From: Nitrosopumilaceae archaeon
Lineage (GTDB): Archaea; Thermoproteota; Nitrososphaeria; Nitrososphaerales; Nitrosopumilaceae
Direction of reading: 5' to 3'
Assembly: GCA_965207375.1 (NCBI GenBank)
Contig: CBDBMG010000002.1
Span: forward strand, 160,001 to 224,000
Length of the DNA stretch: 64,000 nt
Under the pieces are notes generated by a model that was not told the DNA's origin, ran no database searches, and saw only the letters and a program-made list of their open reading frames with translations. Below are positions 12,956 through 26,295 of the stretch, in pieces (within the stretch, counting starts at the first letter, position 1; each line of letters starts with the position of its first letter). The translations under genes were made by a program, and so were the position numbers.

Positions 12956-14511
12956 ACAAGCCTAGAGACACCAGCACTCCATTATAAATGTATTGGTGCA
13001 CACCGGAGTTTTCACATCCATAGGGTGTATATTAATCTATGATCAAAGCATTGTTTGATAAGTAATAATACAAGCCAATATATATGATGGTGCCAAAGTA
13101 ATTTCCGGTTAGCCATGAAACGCTGTAAGCACTTAACCGTACAGATAAATGTTATTCTGGGCTGCTTTAACTGATTGACTGCTCTATTAGATAAAGAGTA
13201 TTCTATTTCTATACATTACCATGGACACTGTTACCAAGGACATTATATAATACAAATTCTTAACCTCACAAGTAATAAGATAATCTGAACAGTTACTATA
13301 GAAATGGTGAATTAATTATTACTTCACTATACAAGATAACAGTACCTAGGGTTAATATATGGTACACTGATGGTGTGACAGTGGTAATATTAAAAATTAA
13401 TCAAGGCCAGCAGAATAGGGAGTATAAATGATTGGACATTAGCATAAAAGCCGTTTTGTCACTTAATTCGGACATCCTATACACTTGATTAGAGAGGTGA
13501 TGGTAAAAGTGGTCGCAAATTGATCTGAAAATGTCAGATGTCAGACTGTTATAATCTCCTCTGCTGACAAGTTAAGATTGTTTGGCAAATGACATAGTGG
13601 CTATATATTTGACAAGTAAGATGAGCTGTTTATATATACTATAAGATAGAACTAAGCGAAGGAGCTAAGGCTGAGCCTGAAGTTCCCTTTTAGTTCTCTT
13701 GAACCATTTATAATATCTAGATATGTTTTAATATATAGTTCCTATCGCATGCTAACAAAGTGAGGTGTTAGTCGATCTTTACAAACTACCAAAGTTCCTA
13801 TTAATAAAGCCTTCCTCCCGCTTCTTAGTGGTCCCTAGTGGGATAGTAATTGTGAAATAAGCGGTAATAATATGCTTGCTAAGATTATAGGCGATTGTAG
13901 GGGGGGGCTTGGGACACAGGCTCTCCCTGTTCAATACTAGGTTGTGAAAAATCTCAATAAAACATTAAACATTGGTGGTGTTAAATTGAGTGTTTTTAGC
14001 AGTATAGCTATAGTGTGCTTATTTAATAGACCATACTTTAAGAGCTTTACAGAGTTTGTGAGTGTCACTGATGCTACTTGTTTTTTAGTCATCAAACAGC
14101 ACTCTGGGGCCCCCTGTATTCCAGTTCTAGAATTGCTACTGGGTATTATACATTGTCTGAACAAACAGACATTTATGTACTAACTATCTTATAGTGTTTT
14201 GTGTTAGAATCACTGTGTGTGCATGCATGCAACTTATATCACTTAATAGTAATAATTATCAAGTTTGTATATATTTAAAGGAATGTCATTCTGACTGAAG
14301 ATTTTACTACTGCATCAACTCATTCATCTTTTTTATTGCATTCTTCAACATTCCCATAGTATCCTCATTATTGACATTTTAAGCATTCAATTTTTTGTTT
14401 CACAGGTAAAATAATATTATGACATATATACATTATCATTTATTGTTATGTTATTAGCTATGGAGTTTATTATACAGTAGCTAGTTGCACATCAGGTGTA
14501 TAACACAGGAC

Positions 14512-15378
14512 CATGGGAGGAGGAAGGTATTTCAAGTTGGGGGTGCTCAGTTGCTGGTGCTGCTGGTGTGCACATGCTCTTTCTAGGGGGTCTGGGGCCA
14601 TGCCCCCCAGGAAAATTTGCAAAAATAGACACCAGGAGATTAAATTTGGTGGCAATTTAGCCTCTAAACAAGCTAGCATGACCTTAATATTGTTACATGT
14701 AAATTTTAAGCTGTTAAACAGCTAATATGCTAACTTTTATAATATTGCCATGCATATAGCTACATAACCAGCTTCAGTTAAAATATAATTAGCTATATAA
14801 TATCAGCTAGCTGAAGGAAACAAAGTACTCCGGTATTTGTGACGTTCATTGCTGGTTGCCACAGCTGCTCCCCCGTTTCTTTATCGCCATCAGCGGCCTC
14901 AGAATCAAACTCAACTACGGATTTCCTCGAAGATCTTTTCTTCACTGTGAACCAATCAGTTAAGTCGGAGACAGCATTTGCTAGCGATGGCGTTTAGCCG
15001 CCATTAGAACACCGTCACTTAGTCTGTTAGATGATTACTGATACAGCTCAGTAACAGCTGTTATAGCTAGCTATGAATATAAAATTTATTATGTATACTC
15101 GTGTAGCTATAATTAGCTATTGCTATACGTAGCTGCTAGCTACATGCATCTCGCGTGCACGTTCATATCCACAAAACTATTATCCTTATATAGCTAGCTG
15201 TACATAGCGTGCATTTATACTTGCCGATACGACGATGAATTGCTTTCTTCTATATGTCCTGCAAACAAAAGAAATCACATGATAATTATTACGTCATACA
15301 AAGATAATAATGGGGGTGCTTAGCACCTCCAATTGAAAAGTTGGGGGTACCCTAGCACCCCCACTTCCGCCGCCTATG
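14512..15378. mobile_element. hAT-like non-autonomous element with apparent 5-bp TSD
   Basis: TIRs CATGGGAGGAGGAAG / CTTCCGCCGCCTATG, with AGGAC directly flanking both ends. Contains the internal GGGGGTCTGGGGCCATGCCCCCCAGG motif. Confidence 0.7.
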
Positions 15379-16078
15379 AGGACAGTTAGCTAATATTAGA
15401 CATTTTTCATTACTCAGATGTACGGTACCAAGATTTCTTTATATCATTATTGTTTCATAAAATTAATATGCCTTAATATAGTATTTCATAAATACATAAA
15501 ATTACCCATTAGCTACTGTACTTTAAACATGTTCTAGTTTACTTTGGAAATTTCTATTATGCTATGAAAAATATTAATAAAATCAAGTATTTTTGCAATT
15601 ATGATTTCAATGAGCTAAATTGTAATCTCATTTTGCAATGGGAAAATTTAGCGGGTAGTGCAATAAAACCCAATCCCTTGCAACCATTCTTTACCAGTTA
15701 TAATATGGAGCCTTATATTTCAATAACAATAATTGTGTGAGTATTAAAAACCTAAAATCCTTGCAGCAGTATAAATAAGCATAGCTACATTGATAATGAA
15801 ACTGCTACAGATAGTAATTAATTAATGTTCTTCTGCATTATTGTCATCAATTTCATCTTCATCATCTTCTTTATAACCAGTCAATTCTGTAATTATGAAT
15901 GTCTGTGCATTCATAAAGCACCGGCTGCTGTTCTCGATTCCAACAAAATTTCATCGCAATTATAAGGCAGTAGACAATGTTTTTCATACACAAAAAGTAT
16001 TCCCATAAATATGAAGGTATTGAAATTTCATAATCTACAGAAAATACAACAGATCAAGTCTCAGCCTGTCGGTACCAG

Positions 16079-16212
16079 TGTCATAGTGATATGTGTTTCC
16101 CAGTGATGTGTGTTTCCCACACAGATATATCCCTAGGGATGCGTATTCAAGTTCCCCACACATAGCTAGCTATATCACTAATGCGTCTATACTCTACAAG
16201 TCATAGTGATAT
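16079..16212 (+). mobile_element. TGT-starting terminal repeat fragment (Ginger-like end?)
   Basis: TGTCATAGTGATATGTGTTTCCC, followed by repeated and inverted GATATGTG / CACA..ATATCACTA units. Interrupted by a GTGAC element at 16213. Confidence 0.35.
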
Positions 16213-17345
16213 GTGACTGGATTTGTGAAAACCGTCCTTAAGGGCACATTTTGTATTTCGAGAAATACTATATTGAAATATTGAAGCCACTGTGGTTCTC
16301 TTGTGCTACAATGTAGCCACGCCAGACTAACCGAGTATAAGTAGACTACTTATGTAGCTATTGTTTTATAACTAATTCTACCACCTATATAGCTGACACT
16401 GCTGCGTTTTGAGATAGTTTTTTCCAACTGCTGTAATAATTCGTCCCATTATGGAATATGCTGCTTCAGTTTGGGATCCACACCATCTCAACGACATCCA
16501 AGCCCTAGAAAAAGTACAACGTAGAGCTGCCCGCTGGGTTATGAATGATTACAGCTGGTACAGTAGTGTGTCCGCCATGTTACATAGTCTAAACTGGCCT
16601 TCACTAGATTACAAACATTCTATAAAGCCACATACAAATTATCTGCATTATCTATTCCATCTTATTTTTTCCCAGCACAAAGACTCACCAGACATTACCA
16701 CCCACTCCATTACATTGTCCCCTGTTCAAGAACTAGTTCTTACCAGCAGTCCTACTATCCAAGAACAATTAGAGATTGGAATGAGCTTCCACATTATATT
16801 ATTGAATCAAACAATTTGCAATCATTCACTACATCTTTAACTAACTATTATTGTAATCATGCATGACTACGTGTAACTAATTTATGTATTGTATATTGTA
16901 TTGTAATTGGGGTGTTGACCACCCCCTGGGCTTATCAGTTTTCTGCCTGCCCAGTATTAATAATCTCGTTAATAATAATAATAATAATAATATCACGGAT
17001 AGAGTTTATAGGGGATGGGGTGGGCGGTGGGGGTGAGCGGGGAGCCGAAGGCGGGCCATACCATCCACAAGGAGACAGACAGCAGCAGTGTGTCCTCAGT
17101 AGGGCACAGAAACAGCCACAGTCGACATGGTAGGCCGAGACGGTCGTTGGAAGCAGCCTGACACACCATGTAGCCTCAGTTATTAGTGCCCCTCAGTGGC
17201 CCCATACACCCTGTAGTAGACCGACGTGGTTTAGCAAGGTCGGAAAAAGACCGCCTGTAAAAGTAGACCTGCCCATCTATAGCCCCACGAATGGTGTATA
17301 TGTATAGTGCTTGGGTCTATCATATCAGTAGCTTTCATGCTAAGA
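16213..17345. mobile_element. GTGAC-family element (left end and GC-rich interior), split by a LINE fragment
   Basis: ATAT|GTGACTGGATTTGTGAAAACC left end, similar to 37043. The interior resumes after the LINE tail at about 16992. The right end is not seen. Confidence 0.5.
16435..16991 (+). mobile_element. 5'-truncated LINE (CR1/L2-type) RT C-terminus with (TAA)n tail
   Basis: Encodes IIRPIMEYAASVWDPHHLNDIQALEKVQRRAARWV..SVSAMLHSLNWPSL; after a frameshift it reads SYQQSYYPRTIRDWNELP. A 3' UTR ends in (TAA)7 at about 16970-16991. Confidence 0.88.
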
Positions 17346-17387
17346 CAGTATCTAACATTGTAGATCGAGGCATACATAGTTACAATT

Positions 17388-17583
17388 TGTCGTGAAGACA
17401 AAGCGAGCGAGCAACTTCACTACTACTCGTATTATAATTTCATCGGGACTAACAAAATATGTACAGTGTACAATATTTATACAATAATTCAATAATTACA
17501 ATATAATTAAGTCAAGTCCAGCTTGATAAATATATCTCAAAGTCTCCCTCGTCCCATCGTCTCGGGCTCGCATCGTCTCAACA
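17388..17583 (-). repeat. 3' LTR (196 bp)
   Basis: Identical to 23065-23247 over the first ~172 bp on the + strand and differs only by an indel near the U3 end. Preceded on the minus strand by a short purine tract (..CGGGAG). Confidence 0.95.
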
Positions 17584-17599
17584 CTCCCGAGGGAAACAA

Positions 17600-20500
17600 A
17601 ATAATTTAGTAGTGAAATTGTCATTTAAATATGTCTGAATGGCCTTACGAGCTTGTATAGATGCCTTTCTTGGTTGTTTACTCCTATCTTCCACAGGTTC
17701 AATAGTGTTCTACTTGGAAACTGATTTTTCTCTTACATCAGTCTCATCAAGACCTTTCACTGACTTGTCCGCTTTCTCTGGTAATTCCAATGGATATAAA
17801 TGACTGATTGATCTTGTGATAATACTATGCCCTGGTAGTTGTACTTCTGCTGATCGGATCTTACAATCTCTACTAATTATTAATCGTACTATCTTGCCGA
17901 ATTTCCAACTACTTCTTGGCAAGTTGTCATCTTTCACTATTACTATAGTACCTTCTACAGGTTCTTTATCACAGTAAGATTTAGACTGTTTATGTACAAG
18001 TGGAATTCTTTCCCTTAGACTCAGAAGATATCCGTCCTTCCAGACCTTCCAAAATAAGTCAAGGTGCTTTTGTCCCTTTTTCCAGTTCTCAATTAGTTTT
18101 ATTGTTGAATCTTCATGAATATGAAAGTCGACATCATTATAATCACTTGATGAATAAAGGCCAAGCTTTCTGTTAGACACTAAAAAGTGCGAGGGAGTTA
18201 GTATAAATCCTGACTCGAAATCTCCATAAACATATGTTAAGGGTCTTGAGTTAATCACTGCTTCAATTTCAGTTAATAGTGTCACCAATTGATCTAGAGT
18301 GAAATGTTTCCTTCCAATTGCTTTCCTTAGAGATCGCTTAACCATCCCAACAAGTCTTTCATAGAATCCTCCCTGCCATGGAGCTAGGGCAGTGGTAAAG
18401 CTCCACTTAATACCTTCTGTAGACACATGCATAATTTAAAACATCTTTATCCTTAAATACTTGCCTCCACTGTTTATCTAAAGTTGTCTTTGTAAGCTTG
18501 AATTGTGGGGCATTATCAGAAATAATTGAATCTGGTCTACCTCTGCGTGACACAAATCTTCTTAAACAATTAAGAAACTGGTTGGCCGTCAAATCTAAAA
18601 CCCATTCCAAGTGGATAGCTCTTATTGTTAGGCACGTAAACAAACATACCCAAAGTTTCTTGAGCTCAGTTCCCTGCTTCACATATAATGGTCCTAAATA
18701 ATCTAATCCAATGAACTGGAATGGATCACATTTTGACACCCTTTCTTGTGGCCATGGTGGCATATTGGGAAGGCGAAATGAGGGCCCTTCATGTCTTCGA
18801 CATATTAAACATTTAGATATTATGCTCTTCACTTGTACTCTTCCTTGTGGAATCCAATATTCTTCTCTGATTTGAGATAACGTATGAGCCACTCCCGCAT
18901 GAATCAAACGTTGATGTACTTCACAGATCAACAAATTAGTAAAATGTTCATACCTTGGAAGCAGTTTAGGATATTTGGTTCCTTCATTCATTGTAGCATT
19001 TGCAAATCGTCCATGACATCTCAATATCCCATCATCATCAACCTTAAGTCCAAGTTGTTGTTGTAGGCAATTCCTGTGATGTTTCTGTATAGCTTTCCAT
19101 ACATTGCTCCAATCTTTCTGGTGTGATATCTGGAAAATTCCATCTAGGCCAGTCGACCTCATTGGATATCAACCACCCTGGTCCATGCCACCACAGATTA
19201 GCATCAACAATCTCTGGCACAGTGAGTCCCCTAGTGGCATAATCTGCAGGGTTTTGATTGGATGGAATGTAACAAAAGGTTATATCTTTCTCCTTCCGAA
19301 TCTCGATAATCCGGTTTTCTACAACCAAAGGTAAAGGTTTAGTAGTTTTCATCCAATGAAGAACACATTCGGAATCTCTCCAGAGAATTCTTTTAGATAT
19401 TGGTAACTTTAATTCCCTAGTAACAAAATTCCCAGCACGTACTCCAATTAGTACAGCTAATAATTCAAATCGAGGTAAAGTAATGTCCTTACATTTCTTT
19501 CCTTTTTGCCCCCTGCTTGAAATGACTGGTGCAAGACGCATCTTGGAAAACATTAGGTTAGTTTGGATACCATGTTGACTAATAACACGTATATACACAA
19601 CAGCAGCATATGATTTAATCGAAGCATCACAGAATATAAGTACTTCATGAACTGGGTCCTGTTCATGTGTTCCAATAAGACGTGGGATCTTTATTGCTGC
19701 AATGTGTTCCAATATTCCAATTATCTTTTTCCATTCTTGACACAATGATTGTGGTAAACATTCATCCCATTTTAAATCATGTTTCCACAAATTTTGAAGA
19801 AAGACCTTACCATGAAAGGTAATGGGTGATATAAAACCCAAAGGATCATAAATCTTCGCAACACAACTCAATACATGTTGCTTAGTAATCGTAAAACCTT
19901 GTCTAGCAATGTCAGCTCCAGTTATCTGGATGTAGTCGTCAATGCGATTCCATAACAATCCAAACAGTTTTACAACACATTCAGTTAATTTTTGATCCTC
20001 TGGTAGTAAATGAAGAAATTCATCTGAATTGGATGTCCACTGTCGCAGGTTCATGGAGGCTTTCTTAAAAATACTTCTAGCCTCTTTGTATATTTGATAA
20101 GCTCCTTCAACTGAATCAGTTCCAATGGAAACATTATCAACATAAATATTATCAGCAATTCTCTGAGCAACCAGACTACCCTCATTCTGTAAATGAAACT
20201 TCAAAGTTCCTTCAAGCAGAAATGGACTACATATAATTCCAAAAGGAACACGGCAAAATCGATAAACATCTAGGTTTCCTTCTACGTGCTCTGGTCGACT
20301 AGGATCATGAAACCATAAAAACCGTGTCACATCTCTATCCTTCTTCTGAATACCAATCTGAAGGAAAGCTTTCTCGACATCAGCCAAAATGACAATATGA
20401 TAGGTACGAAGTCTCAATAACACACCACACAAATCAGGTAACGTGATCGGTCCTCGATATAGACAATCATTGAGGCATTTAACACCTTTACTTACTTTAG

Positions 20501-23021
20501 CAGAGGCGTCATAAACTATTCTGACTTTAGTAGTGTTCTTAGAGGGTGTTATTATTGGGTGGTGTGGCAAGTAATGCTTCTTACAATTGGTTTCCATCTG
20601 AGTTTATAAAACCTTTTCAACAATTCCTTGCTTCAACTGAGATTGGAGAATATCATCATACTGCTGTAAAAGAGTTTTATTTGCCTGAAACCGTCGTGAC
20701 AATGACCTTATTCTCCCATAAGCAACATCATAATTTTCAAGGAGATCCGGTTCACAGGGCTTCCACGGCCAAGCAATTTGATATCGTTCTCCATCATAAC
20801 AAATTGGTTGTTAAACTGTTCAAGAGCTTCATCATTATCATTCAAATATGCTGGATCACAGATGCCAATTGCATCCAAGCTCCAAAAATCCTTCAAACTA
20901 GGATTCTTGTTTACTGCAGTATCAGCTGTTGAAAATAAATTCAATTCATGAACAGACTGATTCATTTGGGTCATCACAAAACAAGTTGAAAGTTGGTCAT
21001 TAGGCTTGACCTCCCGTTTGGGGCCCATGAATTTCCCTGTAAGGAGATAACCCAATTTGGATGATAACAATAACAAACCTGATGGTAGCACTATTCGTCC
21101 AACTTCAACAATGCTCCAAAAATAATCAGAACCTACTATAGTAGCCATTTCAGATGATTTTGGAATAACATCAGCTAGTTTTCCTGGTGTAATTGATTGA
21201 AGGAATTCCAAATCTGATCGCTGAAGTGGTCCTCTTTGAACAGGACTAGTAATCTGATTCAACACATTAGCATGTAGACTCACACGAGAGTTTTCCTTAG
21301 TAATAATAGTAAAATGAACAACATACGTGTCAATAGATTGAGGACCTTTAGATCCAAATGTAGAGATTGACAACGTTTCCTTTCGCTGAGAAGGTAAATT
21401 TAACTGTTTAGCTAGTTTTTCTGTCATAAAGGTTCTCTGACTAGCACTGTCTAGTAAAATACGAGCTGAGATAATAGATCCATCAGCACAACAAACAGGA
21501 ACCATTGCTGTTTGAAGGAGCACTCATTCTCCACTTGTTAATAACATATGATCTGTATTCACTGCAGGAGTCACAGTATCAACTGTTGATTTGGCAGTAA
21601 CAACTGGCTGGCGGCTATCCTTGGCACTAGGAGATGCTTGATTAATAGCTGTTGTTTCAAATGTAGCTGGTGTTTCAGGTGAAATAACAAACTTTTTCGG
21701 ACATATGCTTCGATGGTGATTACCAATTCTTTTACAATGATAACATGGTTTTGAGTGGGCATTAGGGCATTCCTTCAAAGGGTGACCAACTTTAAGACAT
21801 AGAAAGCATCGACCTTGAGAGATCAGTTGATGTTTACGATCAGTAACAGTTGTAAATTTATCACAGTTATCGTTAAAATGAACACCCCTACAAAAAATGC
21901 AAGGAAGGGTTGGCTCACGTCTATGTGTTTGATTCCTCTGTCTTTCGGTGCTCTTCGCACTATCAACCAACAAAGCTTCTACAGGTTGATTAGCTTGTGT
22001 ATCCACAGGGGGTCTCTCTCGTAATTATCCCCCCTTCTCTGACCTCTGTAAGTTGAACCTCTAGAATTATGCTCATGTCTTTGAGCGTTTTCATGTATGT
22101 TGATATATCGTTTGAGAGACTCCCTTAACAACTTTACTGTCCAGTTTTCATCAAGATTTTTTGACTCTTCCAATTTTACAATTACTTCTGTTGGAAGTTT
22201 TGATAATATCTGTTGAACAAGCATCCGTTGTTGGTCAACATTTTCTTCCTGTGACTCCAACTGTCGTAAATTCTTTTCCAATGCTTCGTAAGTGTGCTTT
22301 ATATCACTGAATCGATTAGTTGACGCTGTAGCCGAGAGTACAGGGCTTCTATAATGCTCTCTTTCTTTCCAAACTTATCCTGTAATATCTTGATTGCCAC
22401 TGGATAATTATCATTTGTAACAGAAATTCCATATATAGCAGTAGCAGCTGTATTACGGATAGAACCTTTTAAGTAACTAAATTTAGTAACATTTGGAATA
22501 TTCTGTTCATGTACTGCTATCTTATACACATCCCAAAATTCTTGCCAATGTAGAAGGTTACCATCAAAGGTTGGAAGGTGTAACTTTGGTAACTTCATTT
22601 TCACACTACTGTTGTTTTGAGGTTCTATGAGGTTTCCAGAGGTCAAAGGTCGTTCCTTAGCCCTTTCTCCCCTTCGCAATACTTGAGCCAAACGCCCTTC
22701 TAATCGCGCAACTATTTCTCTCGAGTCAAGTAATAGCTCAATTAAACCCTCATCTCCGTCTGCAGCCCATAAATACTCCTTTTCTTCGGCTGCCCTTTCC
22801 TCACCTTTCATTCCGTGCAGCAGAGTATTCCACTCCTGGTTACATCGTTCCAAAAGCACAATATTCGATGAAAATTGATGAATAAGGTGCTCTATCTCTG
22901 TTTCTTCCCTATCCAAGTCAGCTTCTTTCATAGGAAGCAGAAACATCGTCTTCGCCTTCTTAATATATGTCTGCAATCGAGCTTTGGTCGGTCCAAGCAA
23001 CCTTCGGATCGACCCTGACAT
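17600..23021 (-). pseudogene. BEL/Pao gag-pol polyprotein, multiply disrupted
   Basis: Gag LPKLHLPTFDGNLLHWQEFW (DUF1759-like); three CCHC-type knuckles (CIFCRGVH, CFLCLKVGH, CYHCKRIGNH); protease LLDSASQRTF; RT DVEKAFLQI..YVDNV; RNase H FCDAS; integrase HHCC, GLDYLGP, SDNAPQF, PWQGGFYERLV; C-terminal DUF5641-like region. Broken into at least seven ORFs by stops and indels. Confidence 0.95.
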
Positions 23022-23043
23022 CTTTAAGGCCTGTGTTCGTGAG

Positions 23044-23061
23044 TCCCGGGTTTCAGCACCA
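23044..23061 (-). promoter_or_regulatory. Primer binding site complementary to the tRNA-Phe 3' end
   Basis: Minus strand TGGTGCTGAAACCCGGGA, 3 nt after the 5' LTR. Eukaryotic tRNA-Phe ends ...UCCCGGGUUUCGGCACCA, giving one G-U wobble. Confidence 0.85.
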
Positions 23062-23064
23062 ATT

Positions 23065-23247
23065 TGTCGTGAAGACAAAGCGAGCGAGCAACTTCACTAC
23101 TACTCGTATTATAATTTCATCGGGACTAACAAAATATGTACAGTGTACAATATTTATACAATAATTCAATAATTACAATATAATTAAGTCAAGTCCAGCT
23201 TGATAAATATATCTCAAAGTCTCCCTCGTCCCATCGCGGTCTCAACA
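23065..23247 (-). repeat. 5' LTR (183 bp)
   Basis: TGTTGAGA...TCACGACA on the minus strand; matches 17388-17583. Confidence 0.95.
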
Positions 23248-24243
23248 GTTATATAGTATCTAACATTGTAGAGGCATACATAGTTATAGCTAGCTATATA
23301 TCAAACATTATACGTATATCTATCTATAGTCTCTAACATTGTAGAGGCATACATATAGTTATAGCTAGCTATCTATCTATAGTATCTAACATCGTAGAGG
23401 CATACATAGTTATAGCTAGCTATATATCTATAGTACCTAACATTGTAGAGGCATACACAGCCATAGCTAGCTATCTATGTATAGTATCTAACATTATAGA
23501 GGCATACATAGTTATAGCTATCTATCTATCTATAGTATCTAACATTGTAGAGGCATACATAGTTACAGCTAGCTATCTATCTATAGTGTCTAACATTGTA
23601 GAGGCATATATAGTTATAGTATATATCTATAGTATCTAACATTGTATATCTATCTATAGTCTCTAACATTGTAGAGGCATACATAGTTACAGCTAGCTAT
23701 CTATCTATAGTGTCTAACATTGTAGAGGCATATATAGTTATAGTATATATCTATAGTATCTAACATTGTATATCTATCTATAGTCTCTAACATTGTAGAG
23801 GCATACATAGTTATAGCTATAGCTATCTATCTATAGTATCTAACATTGTAGAGGCATACATAGTTATAGCTATCTATCTATCTATAGTATCTAACATTGT
23901 AGAGGCATACATAGTTACAGCTAGCTATCTATCTATAGTGTCTAACATTGTAGAGGCATATATAGTTATAGCTATCTATCTATAGTATCTAATATTGTAG
24001 AGGCATACACAGCAATAGCTACCTATCTATGTATAGTATCTAAAATTGTAGAGGCATATATAGTTATAGCTATCTATCTATCTATCTATAGTATCTAACA
24101 TTGTAGAGGCATATACACAGCCATAGCTAGCTATCTATGTATAGTATCTAACATTGTAGAGGCAAGTATCTAACATTGTAGAGGCATACATAGCCATTGC
24201 TAGCTATCTATCTATAGTATTTAACATTGTAGAGGCATACATA

Positions 24244-24460
24244 CCGTATAGGGGGTAAGTTTCGCTGGGCGAAACTTTCGCGGTAGAGGCCTTCCAAGTA
24301 TATTCGCGGTAAAACCTTCGCGTTACAGTAGAAAGCAGCTTATACATTTGTAGTAGCCGAGTAGCTAAATATCTTTGTTTAGCGGCGAAACTTTCGCGGT
24401 TGTGTTTGAAACCGCGAAAACCGCGAAAGTTTCGCCCATCGAAAATTACCTCCTATACGG
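24244..24460. mobile_element. 217-bp pogo/Tc1-type MITE, TA TSD
   Basis: CCGTATAGGGGGTAAGTTTCG...CGAAAATTACCTCCTATACGG; near-identical copy at 34965-35181. Confidence 0.9.
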
Positions 24461-25633
24461 TACGTAGTTATAGCTATCTATCTATCTATAGTATCTAACA
24501 TTGTATAGAGGCATACATAGTTACAGCTAGCTATCTATCTATAGTATCTAACATTGTAGAGGCATACACAGCCATAGCTAGCTATCTATGTATAGTATCT
24601 AACATTGTAGAGGCATACATAGTTATAGCTACCTATTTATCTATAGTATCTAACATTGTATATCTATCTATAGCTACGTAGCTATCTATATCTAATCTAA
24701 CATTGTAGAAGCAAACATAGTTGTAGCTAGCTATCGATCTATGGTATCTAACATTGTAGAGGCATACATAGTTATAGCTAGTTATCTATCTATAGTATCG
24801 AGGCATACATAGTTATAGCTAGCTAGCTATCTATGGTATTTAACATTGTAGTTATCTATCTATAGAATCTAACATTGTAGAGGCATACATAGTTATAGCT
24901 AGCTATCTATCTATAGAATCTAACATTGTAGAGGCATACATAGTTATAGCTAGCTATCTATCTATAGAATCTAACATTGTAGAGGCATACATAGTTATAG
25001 CTAGCTAGCTATGTATAGTATCTAACATTGTAGAGGCATACATAGTTATAGCTAGCTATCTATCTATAGAATCTAACATTGTAGAGGCATACATAGTTAT
25101 AGCTATCTATCTATCTATAGTGTCTAACATTGAAGAGGCATACATAGTTATAGCTAGCTATCTATCTATAGAATCTAACATTGTAGAGGCATACATAGTT
25201 ATAGCTATCTATCTATCTATAGAATCTAACATTGTAGAGGCATACATAGTTATAGCTATCTATCTATCTATAGAATCTAACATTGTAGAGGCATACATAG
25301 TTATAGCTATCTATCTATCTATAGAATCTAACATTGTAGAGGCATACATAGTTATAGCTATCTATCTATCTATAGTGTCTAACATTGAAGAGGCATACAT
25401 AGTTATAGCTAGCTATCTATCTATAGAATCTAACATTGTAGAGGCATACATAGTTATAGCTATCTATCTATCTACAGTATCTAACATTGAAGAGGCATAC
25501 ATAGCTAGAGCACAGGGGTGTAAGAAGATCTTCATGACTGGTCAGTCCAAGGTTCCAACTGTATTATTGCACTTAATCAACTGCGTGGGCGGCCGATAAT
25601 TTTGCATTTTCTGCTACACTTATAACTCTAATA

Positions 25634-25876
25634 CGAGGGGTCCGCCACGTACTCCTATAAGATTCAAGATTCGGCAAATCTTGTCTAAGATTCGGGATTT
25701 AAAGAGAGATTTGAGTATTTAAAATTCATGCTAAATACAAGATTTGCTCGATAATAAAGTCGATTTCCTGAAATTTCCTATTTTTTGAAAAACTTTGGGA
25801 TTTGAGATTTGAGATTTGAGAATCTCAAGATTTGGAATCTTTGTTTATCCCAGATTCAGTTCGTGGCGGACCCTCG
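25634..25876. mobile_element. MITE with 8-bp TSD (hAT- or P-like), nested in a partial CAGGGGTGTA element starting at 25513
   Basis: TIRs CGAGGGGTCCGCCACG / CGTGGCGGACCCTCG; perfect TSD CTCTAATA; internal AGATT(C/T) repeats. Confidence 0.85.
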
Positions 25877-26295
25877 CTCTAATATTTGCTTTATAACAAC
25901 CTCAATGAGTCAGTAAATCACACAAACAACTCCTTTTATGATTTATTTCACACAAAGCTGCGACTTGTTCAATCACACACAATTATTAGCGTGGGCGGTC
26001 GTTATCTTTGCATTTATCTATAGTATCTAACATTGCAGAGGCTTAACTATATAGCTATAGTTAGCTATCTGTCTATAGTATCTAACATTGTAGAGGTATA
26101 CATAGTTATAGCTAGTTATCTATCTATAGTATCTAGCATTGTAGAAGTAAATATAATTGTAGCTAGCTATCTATCTATATTAACTAACATTGTAGAGACA
26201 TACATAGTTATCTATCTACAGTATCTAGCATTGTAGAGGAATACATAGTTATAGCTAGCTATCTCTCTATAGTATCTAACATACATAGTTATAGG

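Larger units (their letters stand above)
17388..23247 (-). mobile_element. BEL/Pao LTR retrotransposon, full length but defective
   Basis: Two LTRs (TG...CA), a tRNA-Phe PBS and gag-pol in PR-RT-RH-IN order with BEL hallmarks. Flanked by GTTA(C/T) target repeats inside the 51-bp minisatellite. Confidence 0.97.
23248..26295 (+). repeat. 51-bp minisatellite array, forward arm (first unit stranded at about 17347-17382)
   Basis: Unit TAGTATCTAACATTGTAGAGGCATACATAGTTATAGCTAGCTATCTATCTA; the 17-aa periodicity of ORF 25120-25599 confirms 51 bp. Interrupted by insertions at 24244 and 25513-26010. Confidence 0.95.

Noticed and set aside
15820-15960. Acidic C-terminal exon on the minus strand (..GYKEDDEDEIDDNNAEEH*)
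   Set aside because: Plausible but isolated; no linked exons or recognisable family.
23044-23061. tRNA-Phe gene
   Set aside because: Only the 18-nt 3' end including CCA is present; this is the PBS.
18498-23172. Plus-strand ORFs inside the BEL element, or an env-like gene
   Set aside because: Antisense shadows of gag-pol; there is no room for an env ORF between integrase and the 3' LTR.
25120-25599. 159-aa ORF with a 17-aa repeat
   Set aside because: Translation of the 51-bp satellite; no ATG start or coding context.
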